A stretch of DNA of 64,000 nucleotides, from NCBI RefSeq assembly GCF_032062105.1, contig NW_026933217.1:434001-498000 (forward strand), given 5' to 3'. The translations under genes and the position numbers were made by a program. This DNA is from Saccostrea cucullata. Lineage: Eukaryota. This document shows positions 24,951 to 37,871 of this stretch, piece by piece (the first letter of the stretch is position 1; every line of letters begins with the position of its first letter). The notes under the pieces are model-generated. The model did no database searches, had not been told where the DNA came from, and saw only the letters and a program-made list of their open reading frames with translations.

Positions 24951-25544
24951 CAGATAATCATTGAAATTTTATATTTAAGGAAAGGAGCAAGATATATTCT
25001 GTATGTTAATGGTAAACATGTATGATAATCATTGATTTGATTTTTGCATAACTGTACCATATTACATTGTTCTTTAGTCATCATATTTAACATATATAAT
25101 AAAGGCCATGTTCAATCTTAACAAAGGGCAAGGTCAAATTCAGTACAAATAAATGGATCAGGCAGATTTCATTGCTGGAAGCCAGAGAGTTCAGTTGATA
25201 GCTAGGGCTCCTCACTGCATGGAGATTCTAGAGGCTTCTCAGGGATCAAATTCTGGTTTCATCCTTGACAATTTTTCTCCCTCACTAAATAATTCATTGG
25301 TGCCTTGACCAGGATTGTGACAAGGTAAAAGACTGCCATGCATGTAGGGAAGAGCTTTGGTCTTGCAGACAAATCATTTATGGAAGGAAAGTTGTGGTGG
25401 TCAGGCAGTTTTATATATATAGGGACCTAGCAGCTAGAGTTTAAACCATGCATGATCTACTTTCAGACCCTAGTTCGCACCCTTGCCCATTTACATGTAA
25501 ATTGATATTATTCAATCTTGCTTGTTATTTAGATACTCAATTTG

Positions 25545-26243
25545 CAGGCACGTAGCAACGGGGGGGGGAGGGGGGGGTGCCCCCCTTACTTTTTTTCCCC
25601 AACATTACCTTTACTATTGAAATAATGTCCATTGAAAGGTTGGTTGGCCCCACCACTTCTTACCACAGTACGTACATATTGTATAGTGATATGAAGGATC
25701 TGTAGTATTGTATGCAAAAAAAAAAAAAAAGAAAAAAAAAACTGAACGTGACAAGAAGCTGGACGTGAAAAAGTTGGCCACTACCCCCCCCCCCCCCCCT
25801 CCCCTAACAAAATAGGATTTTCGTGTTTGGGCAATTCCCTTTTCTTTTTTTTTTTTTTTTGCTTTTCAACTTTTACAGATAAGGGTGCCCCCCTTACTTT
25901 TTTTCCCCAACATTACCTTTACTATTGAAATAATGTCCATTGAAAGGTTGGTTGGCCCCACCACTTCTTACCACAGTGCGTACATATTGTATAGTGATAT
26001 GAAGGATCTGTAGTATTGTATGCAAAAAAAAAACAAAAAAAAAAACTGAACGTGACAAGAAGCTGGACGAGAAAAAGTTGGCCACTACCCCCCCCCCCCC
26101 CCCCCCCCTCCCCTAACAAAATAGGATTTTCGTGTTTGGGCAATTCCCTTTTCTTTTATTTTTTGCTTTTCAACTTTTACAGATAATAAAAAAAAAAATT
26201 CTCTGGTTGTCCCCCCACTTTCAAAAACGATGCTACGTGCCTG
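25545..26243. mobile_element. MITE with CAG...CTG ends, 5-bp TSD (hAT5-like) and an internal ~310-bp tandem duplication
   Basis: TIR CAGGCACGTAGCA / TGCTACGTGCCTG; TSD ATTTG; segment ~25575-25882 repeated at ~25883-26186. Confidence 0.8.
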
Positions 26244-26699
26244 ATTTGAATATTAACATGTACAAAGCATGAGTATTTATTTATAATTGATAAATGCTAA
26301 CTGCTTCCATTAAAATTTGCACTCCAAGAACATAAGAATTCTCATATATCTGTCTCACGATTATAGAGAAAAAAAATTAAAGAGACAGGTTTCAAAATAT
26401 ATATTATGTTAAAATATATAAATGTCCCTTTAAGATGCCCTTTTGCATTTCTTAAAAGTCTTTGTGGAACAGAATGACCGGTATGGATTTTCTAGGGGGC
26501 GAATCAATCGTGTTCAGTTTATTCACCGTCGGGTTCGTTATTCGGCTAATTCTATACCCAGTCAAGGCCAAAGAGAAGGGACAAAGCTGCTAAAAATCTT
26601 TCTGCACATAAAGTTGGATGTTACATGTATCTAGTAGTAAGTTGCCTTTGAGACAAGAATTAAGATTTCAAATAGAAATTGAACGTATGTGAAGGTTCA

Positions 26700-26797
26700 T
26701 GTTGCAGGCGCTCACATAGTCTCCTGACGATTAATTGAAGACAGGTGCTTGCGCATGCCATCCTGGCAAATTTGTACACAGTTATGTAAACAGTGAG
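26700..26797 (+). promoter_or_regulatory. Candidate promoter and non-coding first exon of zinc-finger gene B
   Basis: NRF1-like TGCGCATGCC near 26749, donor-like ACA|GTGAGT near 26792, and a downstream acceptor TTCCAG at 27580. Confidence 0.35.
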
Positions 26798-27642
26798 TTT
26801 TGTATCTTAAATTTAACCAGGTTGAGATCAGGGACGAGTTTCCCTTGATCAGTGGTATGTTTAGAAGCCTTGGGTAATTTCATCAGTATTTAGAGGGTTT
26901 GATTATAACATCAGAGAGGGGGAGATTGTGCAGAGCAGAGAGATAACTGTTAATTGTATCTATCTGTAGTGGTGGATCCAGGAATTTCATAAGGGGGTAT
27001 GCAGGGTAAAAGAGTGGGTGGGGGTGTCAGGGGCTGCACTGAAACCCTTAATGAGTCGAGGGCAAAGGTATAGAGGTAAGAGTCATGGGGCAAAGCCCCC
27101 AGAAGCTGAAGAATTCTTTCTATTCAAATTCCTTACAAATAAAAGATACAAGAACTAAACTGAAGGTACACTCTTGAAAGACATCATTTCAAAATAAAGG
27201 GGAGGGGGGTATGGTGGGTTGGAGGGGTGTTTGGATCCACCTTTGAACTGAATCTAGATTATGAAATGTTCATTGTAAGAAAAAAGTCTTTGTAGTTTGG
27301 TTTTTTATTAAATGTAAATAGTAAAGTATATAGTCATCTGCTTTTGTTGCCTAATATAACTTATGTAATTCATTAGAGTGAGCCATTATGATAAATTACC
27401 GTTTAAAAAAAAATGTTTTAAAACTATGTGTCATTTATACCCTATAGTCTTTTCATCAATAGGGATCTTATGAGCTCCTACTGTTATAAAATTTCTAGTG
27501 TGTGAAAGTTAAGTATAATCTTGATCATATGAACAAAAATTTTAGTCATATTTAATATTATAGTGGATTTCATTTTCCAGGGAAAGTTGAAAATGGAGAA
27601 AAGGGAAGGATGTTCTTAGTGGGAGCCTAGAAAGAATCAAAA

Positions 27643-30600
27643 ATGTGTGACAAATCCCAAAACCCAGAGAAGGAACAGAGAACAAATAGCTGTGGAGAAA
27701 GGGATCAACGTCCTGTCTTGAATGGGACTTATGGTCAAATTTTGAAGAGATTTCAAGAAGTTGTCAATGCCCAAAGAACTGGTGGTAATGAAAAACAGTA
27801 TAAGGTGGTTATACTTCGACCAAAACCAAGTGGAAATTTGGGAAGCCCCCAAGCGGTCCCAAAGCACAAAGTTAACATTAAAACCTATCAAACCTTGGCA
27901 GCCTTTTCAAATAGCAGTTTACCTCAAACTTTTTCATCAGTTACATCTGATGGTGAACATGTTCCATCATCTGCCCCTGACATCAAATCTGAGATTAAAT
28001 GTGAAGATAGTCAGACAATGGCAAGCTTTTCAAACAGCAATTTACCTCAAACCCTTTCATCACTTACATCTGATGGTGTACATGTTTTGCCATCTGTTTC
28101 AGACATTAAATCCGAGATTTGTGAAGACGACCAAGAACCGTCAAAGATCGCTTCAGGCTCGTGTTATGATACACAAATTAATTCTCAGAATTATCAAACA
28201 TTTCAGATCTTCCGCACCTCTACATCAGGAGAAGGAATATCACCAGTTTCCCAAGAGATAAAATCAGAGGTTTGCGAAACCGATGTATCATCTGCATTAT
28301 ATTCACAGTCTGCACCTGTGCCATGCAGAGAGCTGCAGAGAGATTTTCAAAATTGTATGCAATCTGGCCCACCACCATATTTCTCTCACTACATATCTAC
28401 ACCCCAAGTCTCTACAATTTCTGAGGCTGTCAAGTCTGAGCCTAGTGAAGAGAATCTAGAATCTGCTCAGATCACAGAGTTTTCAACTGTTAAGCAAGAG
28501 TGTGCTTCAGAGGACTTTATCTCAAATGATAAATCTGTAGATGTCCTGCAAGATATCTATAGTGGAAAAGAAGACCCAGAAATGCTTAAAGAAATCAAAA
28601 CTGAGGTTTATATTGAGAATTTAGAGTTTTCATCACATTTAGAAACTTCTTCTGTATCATCCAAAGAAAAAGGAAGACTCTTTGCAGAAAACTATTCCCT
28701 TGCTGCTGATTTCAATTCCCACAGCTCTTTCAACATACCTGAAGAAAATAGACCAGAAACTGGTTCAACAAGTAGAGTAATCAAAGATGAGGACTACTCT
28801 GTATTTAATCAATCATCACAGATCCAAACTGCAGAATGCAGAAGTTCATCAAATGAGTTGTTACCGACTGAACATCTTGTTCCTGTAACATTTATACCTA
28901 CTATTGTTGATCAAAAAGAATCTGGTCAAATACGTGGACAAGCTATGGTAAGATTTTTCATTTATAATACAATATTTTGGAATAAACGCCCCTCTCTCCA
29001 AGCATTGTTTGATAATTTGAGAAAACATATTCTAAGCCCTTTCCAAGCTTACTTTATTTGATCACGCAGAACTAGCAATCTTTCATATTTATTTAATATT
29101 TTTACATTAACCATGTTAACAGCAGTTTTTCATGGTCCAGTGATTGAAATATGAATAGAATTTCTAGTATTATTAAAGAAATATTTTTTTTATTCATATG
29201 GAGGCCTACAAACTTGACTGCATACTTGCATTGATAAAAAAGCTTTTAAAATATCTTTAATATTACTTTAATCCAATAAATTGAATATTTTCATTTGCAG
29301 GATTCAACCAACAGGCAACCAATAAGCAATGCCTTAAATGAATTCATGCTGACTGGAAAGTTTTTTAAATGTGGATTTTGTGATGCCGCATACAAGGAAT
29401 TGGATGAATTGAGGGAGCATTTTAGGACCAATCACAACCAAATATGTCTTGTTTGTGGAAAACCTGTACCCATGTTGACAGACATGCAGACTCACTTAGC
29501 CCACTGTCAACCAACGCAACAAGGACCTGTTTATGCAAATTGTCAAATATGTTCAAAGCTAGTAAGAAATAAGTCACTGGGCGTACACTATAGGGTCCAT
29601 GGACTAAGACCCCAGGACTTAATATTTAGATGTAATACATGCGGTAAGGATTTCACATTTTGGGACAGAAACCTTAATTGCATGCACTTAGATGGACAAC
29701 CTTCCACCAGCAGAAAAATGATTTTATTTTGCATTTTATGTAAAAAGGAGTTTGAGGAATTGCAACCATTTAAAGAACACTTGAAAGAAGTTCACAGAGT
29801 ATCTGGACCAGAAATGTTCCCATGCAATATATGTTCAAAGATTTACAGTCGCCAGTTTTATTTACAGAAGCACCTGGAGAATCATGAAAAAAGAAAGCAG
29901 CGCGTGCTTGAGCGAGCAAAAATACGTAAGATGGAATCGAAAAAGTTTAGCGAATATCAGAAGCGTCTAAAGGCTTTAAAGAAACAGAATAAAAGCAAGC
30001 TCAGGAGGTGTACTGTGTGCAAAAAATTGGTAATTCAAGCAGGAAATACAAGGGTAAACAACGTAACACAGGGAAAGATTTATGAGCCTAATGAGTGTTT
30101 GTCAATGCAAGCAAAGAAAGTTTTAGATCACAAAGAAAATGTTAAGCTCCAAAGCAAGGAAAATGGGAAGAAAAAGAGTGTCAGTTTTATGTGCACAAAA
30201 TGTGAAGAGCGCACTAAGCTTAAATTAACTCTGTTGAAATGTAGGATGGCCCAGAAAGTCTACAGATGTCAGATTTGTTCACAGACATTCATTAAGTTAA
30301 TTCACTTGAAATCACATATGAATAGTCATGTGTCTAGCACAGAAAAAATCTGCATTATCTGCAGGAAGGCATTTAGTCAAAACCGAAATCTTAGGCTCCA
30401 CATAAAGGGTCATGCAGACACGAATGGCTTTTCTTGTAAGTTTTGTTGTAAAAAGTTCACTTATTGTCATCAGCTTGATATTCATAGTCAGTTACATTAC
30501 AACCCAGAACTTCATTGTGATGGTTGTCACCTGGACTTTGATAAACATTACCGATTTGTTCTCCACAAGAAAAAAGATCCCATAATGCATAAAAGAAAAT

Positions 30601-31169
30601 CCTGTTCAAAGAAAAAAACTCTGCACGCTATGAATCCTGGGAATCAATCTGAATCTTTCAAGTGCGCTGTCTGCGGGAAGAAATTTAGATACAAAAAATG
30701 GTTAGACCATCACCAAATGACATTTCAGGACTTAAAGCACAAGAGATTTTGCTTTGTGTGTGGAATTATGTTCAAACTACCAACAAAAATGAGAAAACAC
30801 ATGAAAACTCACACAAAGGCACCGGAAAAATCGAGAAGGTCTTTCCTTTGCCACATCTGTGGTAGGCTTTTCAAACAAATTTCAAATATGTGGGGCCATA
30901 TAAGAGCCCACACTGTGAAAGAAATTAAAAACTCTGGGACACTAAGGCGCCCCCCTGACAGGAGTTCTGTGCACGAGTGTGGTCTGTGTGTCAGGGTGTT
31001 CTCTAAGAAAAGTTACTTGCTGATACACAAGAAGGTACACGAGAGGCCGGACACTCAAAAATGTCAAGTCTGCAACGGAGTGTTTGGTAGTCTGGGTGCC
31101 CTGAACCGCCACAAGCGTAATGTACATCAGATGTACATCAACATATCTAAGCAGATTGAATTGAAGTGA
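27643..31169 (+). CDS. Multi-C2H2 zinc-finger protein B (~1057 aa, ~14-15 fingers). Coding exons 27643-28947 and 29301-31169
   Basis: Donor ATG|GTAAGA and acceptor TTGCAG|GAT, both phase 0. Repeated CxxC-x12-H-x3-4-H motifs such as CQICSQTFIKLIHLKSHMNSH and CHICGRLFKQISNMWGHIRAH. Acidic/Ser-rich N-terminus with repeated psi-K-x-E motifs. Confidence 0.92.
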
Positions 31170-31285
31170 TTGAAGTCTTGCAAAGGTGTAAAAATCAGAT
31201 ATGTGCATACCATTATGTGAAAAAACGATTCTCAAAGGAAAATAAAATGTATATGAAAAGTAATTTTATTTGTAGATGTACAAAA

Positions 31286-31919
31286 ACTTGTTCTGTGTCT
31301 TAACATGCTTAAAGTAATACAATTTTTTAAACTTGATTTTTTTATTTTCAACTTTGCTTTTCTTAAATCAATTTTACAATCTTGCAGATTCCCGTAGATG
31401 CTAAATGAGTACAAACACTGTATATTATTTATCTAGGTTACCAAATGTTAACATATTGTTCACTGTTCTTATGTAAAATTATCTCAAGTTTAACTTCTTT
31501 TGTTGGGGGTATATCCTTGTATCTTTATAATACAATGTACATGATTGGAACCATTGAAAGCTTTTGTTCGAACTCTTAAAATTTATTGAAAGGTCAAGAT
31601 AGTTACAGAAAATTTCGGTTTACTTGTAGATTACTTGTTCTGTGTCTTAACATGCTTAAAGTAATACAATTTTTTAAACTTGATTTTTTTATTTTCAACT
31701 TTGCTTTTCTTAAATCAATTTTACAATCTTGCAGATTCCCGTAGTACTGTATATTATTTATCTAGGTTACCAAATGTTAACATATTGTTCACTGTTCTTA
31801 TTTTTTAGTTTAACTTCTTTTGTTGGGGGTATATTTTTATAATACAATTTTCATTGAAAGCTTTTGTTCGAACTCTTAAAATTTATTGAAAGGTCAAGAT
31901 AGTTACAGAAAATTTCGGT
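31286..31919. repeat. Tandem duplication in the probable 3' UTR of zinc-finger gene B
   Basis: 31286-31619 is repeated at 31633-31919; the second copy is shortened by several small internal deletions. Confidence 0.9.
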
Positions 31920-34057
31920 ACACATTTCAGAATAGAATGAAATTTGAGGTTCTCATTAAGAGTTGTTGTCCTCCATTTTCACTGAAAGTGGGGAAATATT
32001 AATTAGGGTAAGTCTGTATTTCTGTCTGTAATACTTTCCAAGAAGCTTTTGAGCTTTTGAAATAAAATGCTCTTTGCTGAAGGAAGCCCCCTATTTATTT
32101 TGAGGTACCGAGGTCAAGGTCATTAGAACAATTCACAGATAAGCTTGGACTTTTAGTAAGGCATGGCATTTTGATGCTACATAATTAGCCTCTTAGATTT
32201 ACACAGTTTTCCCTCACTGTTGTAATATACGTAGGATAAAAATTCAGGCAAATGTCAACTGTTGTGTCAAATAGCCAATTACAAGTTCTCGCACGGCTCA
32301 GAAGTGGGGCTTAAGTCGTCTCATCTTTGTCAACAACATTTTAAAGTTTCTGATGTGATATATTTTTTAACCAGTAAAAATCTGATCACTATTTGACAGA
32401 CGCTAATTTAACATTGCGCCAAGAATGACTATTTTTCAACTTACTGAAAGTCCAAGCTTACTTGAGAATTGTACTAATTCATACATTCTGTGTGTTTATG
32501 TGTAAAACATTCATTTCAGGGTGATACATGTATCTCAGGCAGCTTGTTAGTTTTTGCAATATTTAATTTTAACCATAACCCCCTATTGCCCTGCTCCACC
32601 TCCTTAAAGTGTACACCCTCGCCCCCCCCCCCCCCCCCCCTTTTTCAGCTCCTGACTTGTTCTTTTTTCCTGTGGCGGGGGACACGGATTCTCTGAATAA
32701 GCTTGTTACTACAGTGTACATGTAGAGCAAAGGAGAGTACAGGGCATCATGTTTATCATAGGTTATGGATTAATATTTTGACTTCAACCTATTACTAGAT
32801 CAAAGGTTAAAGTATCATAGCTTTTACTTTTAGTTGATAGAAATGGATTGTTTTAAGTACAATGTCTGAAATCACAGATTGCTGTAAATTAATATAATAA
32901 ATTAATCTAATTAAGAATTGTGTTTCTTATAATTTGACCAAATGTTGCTAGCTTAATAGTAAATATATGGCAATGAAGTGGACTACACATAATTATTTTT
33001 AGGTCACCTGAGTATAAACTCAGGTGACCTATTGCTATCTGTTTTTGTCTGTTGTCGCACGCTAACATTTAAACATTTTCAGCTTCTCTGAAACCACTGA
33101 ACCATATTTCAACCAATTTTGGCATATAGCATCTGTGGGTGAAGGGGAACAAAAATTGTGAATTTCATGGCCCCTGCCCCCCTGGGGCCTGGGGGTGAGG
33201 CAAAAACCACTAAAATTAGTGCATTCTTTAAAAATCTTTTTTACTCCTGGACATCAAGCAGTCAAACTGTTTGTATGATTGTAATCAGCATTGAGTCCTC
33301 TACCAAAATAGTGAAATTCATGGCCCCAGGATCAGGGGCCCTAGTGCTAGGACGGGGCTCTATTGATTATATAGTGAAATGCATTAATTCTTTGAATATC
33401 TTCTTCTCCACTCCTGGATATTAAATAAACTAATTAAGTTCATAGTTATGATGAGCAAGAGTGCCTCTATCAAAATTGTGAATTTTATGGACCCAGGGTC
33501 AGGGATTCTGGTGTTAGGGCGGGGCTCTATTGATTATATAGCGAAAATGCATTAAAACTTTGAAAATATTCTTCTCTGCTCCTAATATTAAATAAACTAA
33601 CTAAGTACATAGTTATGATGAGCAAGAGTGTCTTTACAAAAATTGTGAATTTTATGGACCCAGGGTCAGGGGCTCTGGTGTCAGGGGTTAAAGTGTTAAG
33701 GCGGGGCTCTATTGATTATATAGTGGAAATGCATTTATTCTTTGAAAAGCTTCTGGGTATTAAATAAACCAATTATGGACATAGTTATGATGAGCAAGAA
33801 AGCTTCTACCAAAATTGTGAATTTTATGGCCCCAGGGTCAGGGGTTATGAAGTTAGGGTGTGGCTCTATAATGATTATATAGTGAAAATACATAACATCT
33901 ATAAAAATCTTTTTCTCTACTCCTTGGTAATAAGCAGATGGACTATTTATATGGTTATGATATGCAAGGGCTTTTCTTCCTGAATTATGAATTTCAAGGC
34001 CCCTGGGTCAGGGATACCAAAGAAGTGGGGGGGGGGGGGGCTCTACTTATATACTAA

Positions 34058-35856
34058 GGCCATTTTTTTTTTATTAGTTGTTTTACGGATCCGCCGACCC
34101 CATTTTTCAAAGTTTTGGAAAAAAAATAAAAATTCCATTCAACCCTTTTTATATAATCGCCGTCGAACTTTACTTCAAACATATTAAAAAAAATCCAGAA
34201 AGGACCGTACATTGTTTGAATTTTACTTTGTTGTGATCAGAATCATGTAAACGCTTCTACTATCGACCCTTTTAAAAAACTTTGCAAGCGTTTTAAAGTC
34301 AGAGATGAAATTAAGTATGACGGCCATGTGTGAAACATTTTAGGTTTTTCAAAACAGAATATAAATGTTTTAAAGACAGTAATAAATGTATGACGGTTTT
34401 TATGAGCTGATCAGGCTGGTGATTATTCCGTATATGATGTTATCTGATCAGCGAATGGAGCGTGGTTGAGGAAATTACAGCCAAAACCAACGAAGCTGAT
34501 GTCGTCACTTGCACTCCATCCGACACCCATAACTTTTCTTTGAGGGTTTGGCGAAGTTTTAAACAGTTATATCTAATGGTTAGTTAACAGTTCATATATT
34601 ATTTATGACATTTTTAAAAGCACATGTTTGACTGTATTTTAAAAATCTGCAAGACGTGTTGTCAATTGTTAACAGGTCCAGTCCAAAGACTATTTCTACC
34701 TACGTAGCTATTAATAGCTACCTAGGTATTTAAAGCTACCAAAAGTAGCTATTTTTACCTACTTTTTATAATTTCTGCATTTTGCGGCCCAAAGACCAAA
34801 CGGCGCACCATGGTTAATACCATATCTTTTGATACAGTCACACTAATGATAAATACGACAAAATTTGGCCAAAAAATGATTACTTTCTGAATCTGCAATT
34901 TTACATTAGTTTCTATGCAAAATTAATAATATACGATGTATGCATTTTTTGGCCAAATTTTTGTCATATCCATCATCAGTGTGATTGTATCAAGAAATTT
35001 TGTGCTCACCATGTTGTGCCGTTCCTGCATTTGGCCACAAAATGAAAGTAAAGCAGAAAGTAGGTAAAAATAGCTACTTTGGGTAGCTTTAAATACCTAG
35101 GTAGCTATTAATAGCTACGTAGGTAGAAATAGTCTTTGGACTGGACCTGGTTAAAGCATCAGAGAAACAAAAAACTTTTTTGTCATTGTACTGGTATGAA
35201 TCTATCAAATGAAGTGAAAGAAATGTTTCTTAAAGTTTTAAATTTTAGATTTTGAAAAGGAACTGACTCATCAGGATGTTCTAAGACAAAAAATGTTTGT
35301 ATGAGAGTCATAGGAATGTGAAACCCTATGGGGATGACTTATCATTCTAGTAAGTTTATTTGTGTCCATTGATTGTGCACTGAATTTTAGTTTTATACTG
35401 TTTAATACTGTTTAAACCCCAAGACAAATGTGTATTTTGCTTTCATTTTTTTCAAGTTTTTTTTTTTTAAAGATTCAGAAGAAAGGTATTATCTGAATTT
35501 GATTAAACTTTTATTATTTTACAGGGGGTTGTGTAAAATTTGCTGAAGTGTGTTTATCTGAGGCAATGTGGATGTAACAGTGAGAGGACACCTGTATCCA
35601 GTCATAGACATACACAGAAAAGTTTAGCATTGTTCAGATAATATGTCTGCTCTGAGAATCGTTCTCTTTTAGTGAGGAATGCCAAGAAAGACATTTCTGT
35701 GCAATGTTCTGAAGTTGATTTCCCCAACTGCTTTGATATGCTGCATATTAAAAGTTTTGAACATTGAAATCTTCGTTTTTTTTTTTTTTTTTTGTAGCCA
35801 CCCAATGGACATTTTCCAAAAAAAATCCGTAAAACAACTAATAAAAAAAAATGGCC
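34058..35856. mobile_element. PIF/Harbinger (Tourist-like) non-autonomous element nested in the Helentron
   Basis: TIR GGCCATTTTTTTTTATTAGTTGTTTTACGGAT / ATCCGTAAAACAACTAATAAAAAAAAATGGCC; TSD TAA on both sides. Confidence 0.85.
34673..35149. mobile_element. Fold-back MITE with CAG...CTG ends and 5-bp TSD (hAT5-like), nested
   Basis: ~90-bp near-perfect TIRs CAGGTCCAGTCCAAAGACTATTTCTACCTACGTAGC..., with weaker pairing continuing toward the centre; TSD GTTAA. Confidence 0.9.
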
Positions 35857-37706
35857 TAAAAATGAATTGTTTGAAATCTGCTCCTTGATATTAATCAAAC
35901 ATTTTTGATAAGCAAGTGTGCATTTTCAAAAATTGTGCAATGTGTAGACCTAGGGTCCGGGGTTCATTTGTGGTAGAAGCACTCCAAACCTGATTATTGC
36001 TGAATATTACTGATTAATAGTTGACATGCATTTTTGTTCCCTACCCTGCTGATGGGTATTGAGTAAACAAACTAACCATTCGCTAAGTGTATAGTTATGA
36101 TTAGCAATTGTGCCTCTTTCAAATTTGTGAATGCCATAGCATCTAGCTAAAAATATGAACCACATTCGATCATTTAAAAGTTGTTGCATGATGCTCAGGT
36201 GACCTATAAGGCCCATGGGCCTCTTGTTTTAATTTTACAAGATTGCACACTTTTCTTTTCATAATTTCTTTCTATGTTAGTCACAATGCCCAGCATTTTT
36301 AATATCGCAGGTTTTAAAGCAAATGGTTTTAGGCGCTTATTTTGCACACTTAATCTTTAGACCATCAAACCTTGTCATTTACATGTATTTTAAAATCTGA
36401 AGGTCTTGGAATGTACATTGTATCAACCAAAAGTAGGCCAAATTGATATACTTTTGAAATTTCATGGCTTTGTTTATTAATATTTTGGATGAGAATTATT
36501 ATGTATTTGGAGAGATTTATTGCATTTTCATTCAGTTCTTATTACATGGAATTCAAGTTTACACCCTATTTTGGGAAGGTTTTATCTAACCTAGGCTTAT
36601 TTTGATAAAGCCATAATTTTTTTAAGTAACAGTGACCTACTCTTTAGTTGAACTACTCTGTGGAGCCAAGATGCATCAACTATAGAGTTTAATGATTCTA
36701 GGCCAAATAGTACCTGAAATATTTCATTTATATAGCCATAAAAATTGAAAAGTAAGTCACATTGACCTACTTTTCAGTCTACAGGGGACCCAAAATGCAC
36801 CAACTGACAAAGTTTGATGATTCTAAGCTAAATAGTATCCATTATTTAAATACAGCCAAGTAACTTCAAAAGTAGGTCACTGTTACCTACTTTTCACTGG
36901 AAGTTTTTCAATGACCTTAACTGCATCAAAGTTTCAGGAACATAAGCCTTTAAAGCCTCATAAATATGTACTTATGTCATTAGCATAATGCCCAGGAGCA
37001 AAGGATCAACTGACAGATATAAACATTGAATCCTCTTTCATTAGCATGGACTCTGCCTGCTCAGTTTTCCGAAACAAAACACAAGTGCTTCTGCTCATTT
37101 TTAATCATAATTTTTAAAAATAAAGAATACAGTACATGTATTAAATTTCAACATTTCAACAACCAAAATGATACAATGGTTGTGAGATATTAGACTTGCA
37201 CTGTACATCTAGAGGTTTCATCGCTTTAAACCCCAAGACAAATGTGTATTTTGCTTTCATTTTTTTCAAGTTTTTTTTTTTTTAACTTAGTTTCATTCAG
37301 AAGACAATGGTGTCTTCATTCAATCAATTTTTTTCCTTTCCTGGTCATTTTTCCTCTCAAAATATAATGTAGCCAGTCTTTCATTAACATGTTAATGCAA
37401 TAATTTACAATGTTTGATCTCTACTCAAGGTCTTTATAACAAAACAATGCCAAAATGCCTAATCTTGAAGTAAGTGTAAACTTTTAGCTCTACAGAGCAA
37501 TCCAAGATGAAACATTGTATCCATAATTTCTTCTCAATCTTTTCTGACTAAGAAGTTGTAAGGCTTTGAGTAGTGGATGATACTTTTCTTATTTTCCATC
37601 GGATGACCATGTGCTAAGTTTGATAGATGCTCCCTGTCCAACTTCAAACATGTGAAAATGATCTGTAATACATTAATGTATAAACTGTGTTTTGAATAAA
37701 ACCATA

Positions 37707-37871
37707 TACAGTGGAGCCTCATCTATCCGCATGCTTTATTTCCCAGTCAATTTGTCCGGATATCTGAATTACCAGTTAAACAAGACAATAAATATCCGTT
37801 CCGATGAAAAATTGTCCGGATACTGAAGCATCCGGATATCTGGCATCCGGATATCTGAAGGACCATTGTAA
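37707..37871. mobile_element. Tc1/mariner-type MITE
   Basis: TA|CAGTGG...CCATTG|TA ends with internal TCCGGATA repeats. Confidence 0.6.

Larger units (their letters stand above)
32995..36230 (+). mobile_element. Non-autonomous Helentron (CvA-like) with an internal ~170-185-bp satellite-like array, interrupted by nested MITEs
   Basis: 5' TTTTTAGGTCACCTGAG...CTCAGGTGACCTA hairpin; about five units ...GAGCAAG...AAAATTGTGAATTTTATGG.CCCAGGGTCAGGGG... at 33150-34050; 3' CTCAGGTGACCTATAAGGCCCATGGGCCTCTTGTTTT. Confidence 0.85.

Noticed and set aside
18479-31235. Antisense and alternate-frame ORFs overlapping the zinc-finger exons (e.g. 18479-18706, 27761-28261, 30942-31235)
   Set aside because: Shadow ORFs of long coding exons with no recognisable features.
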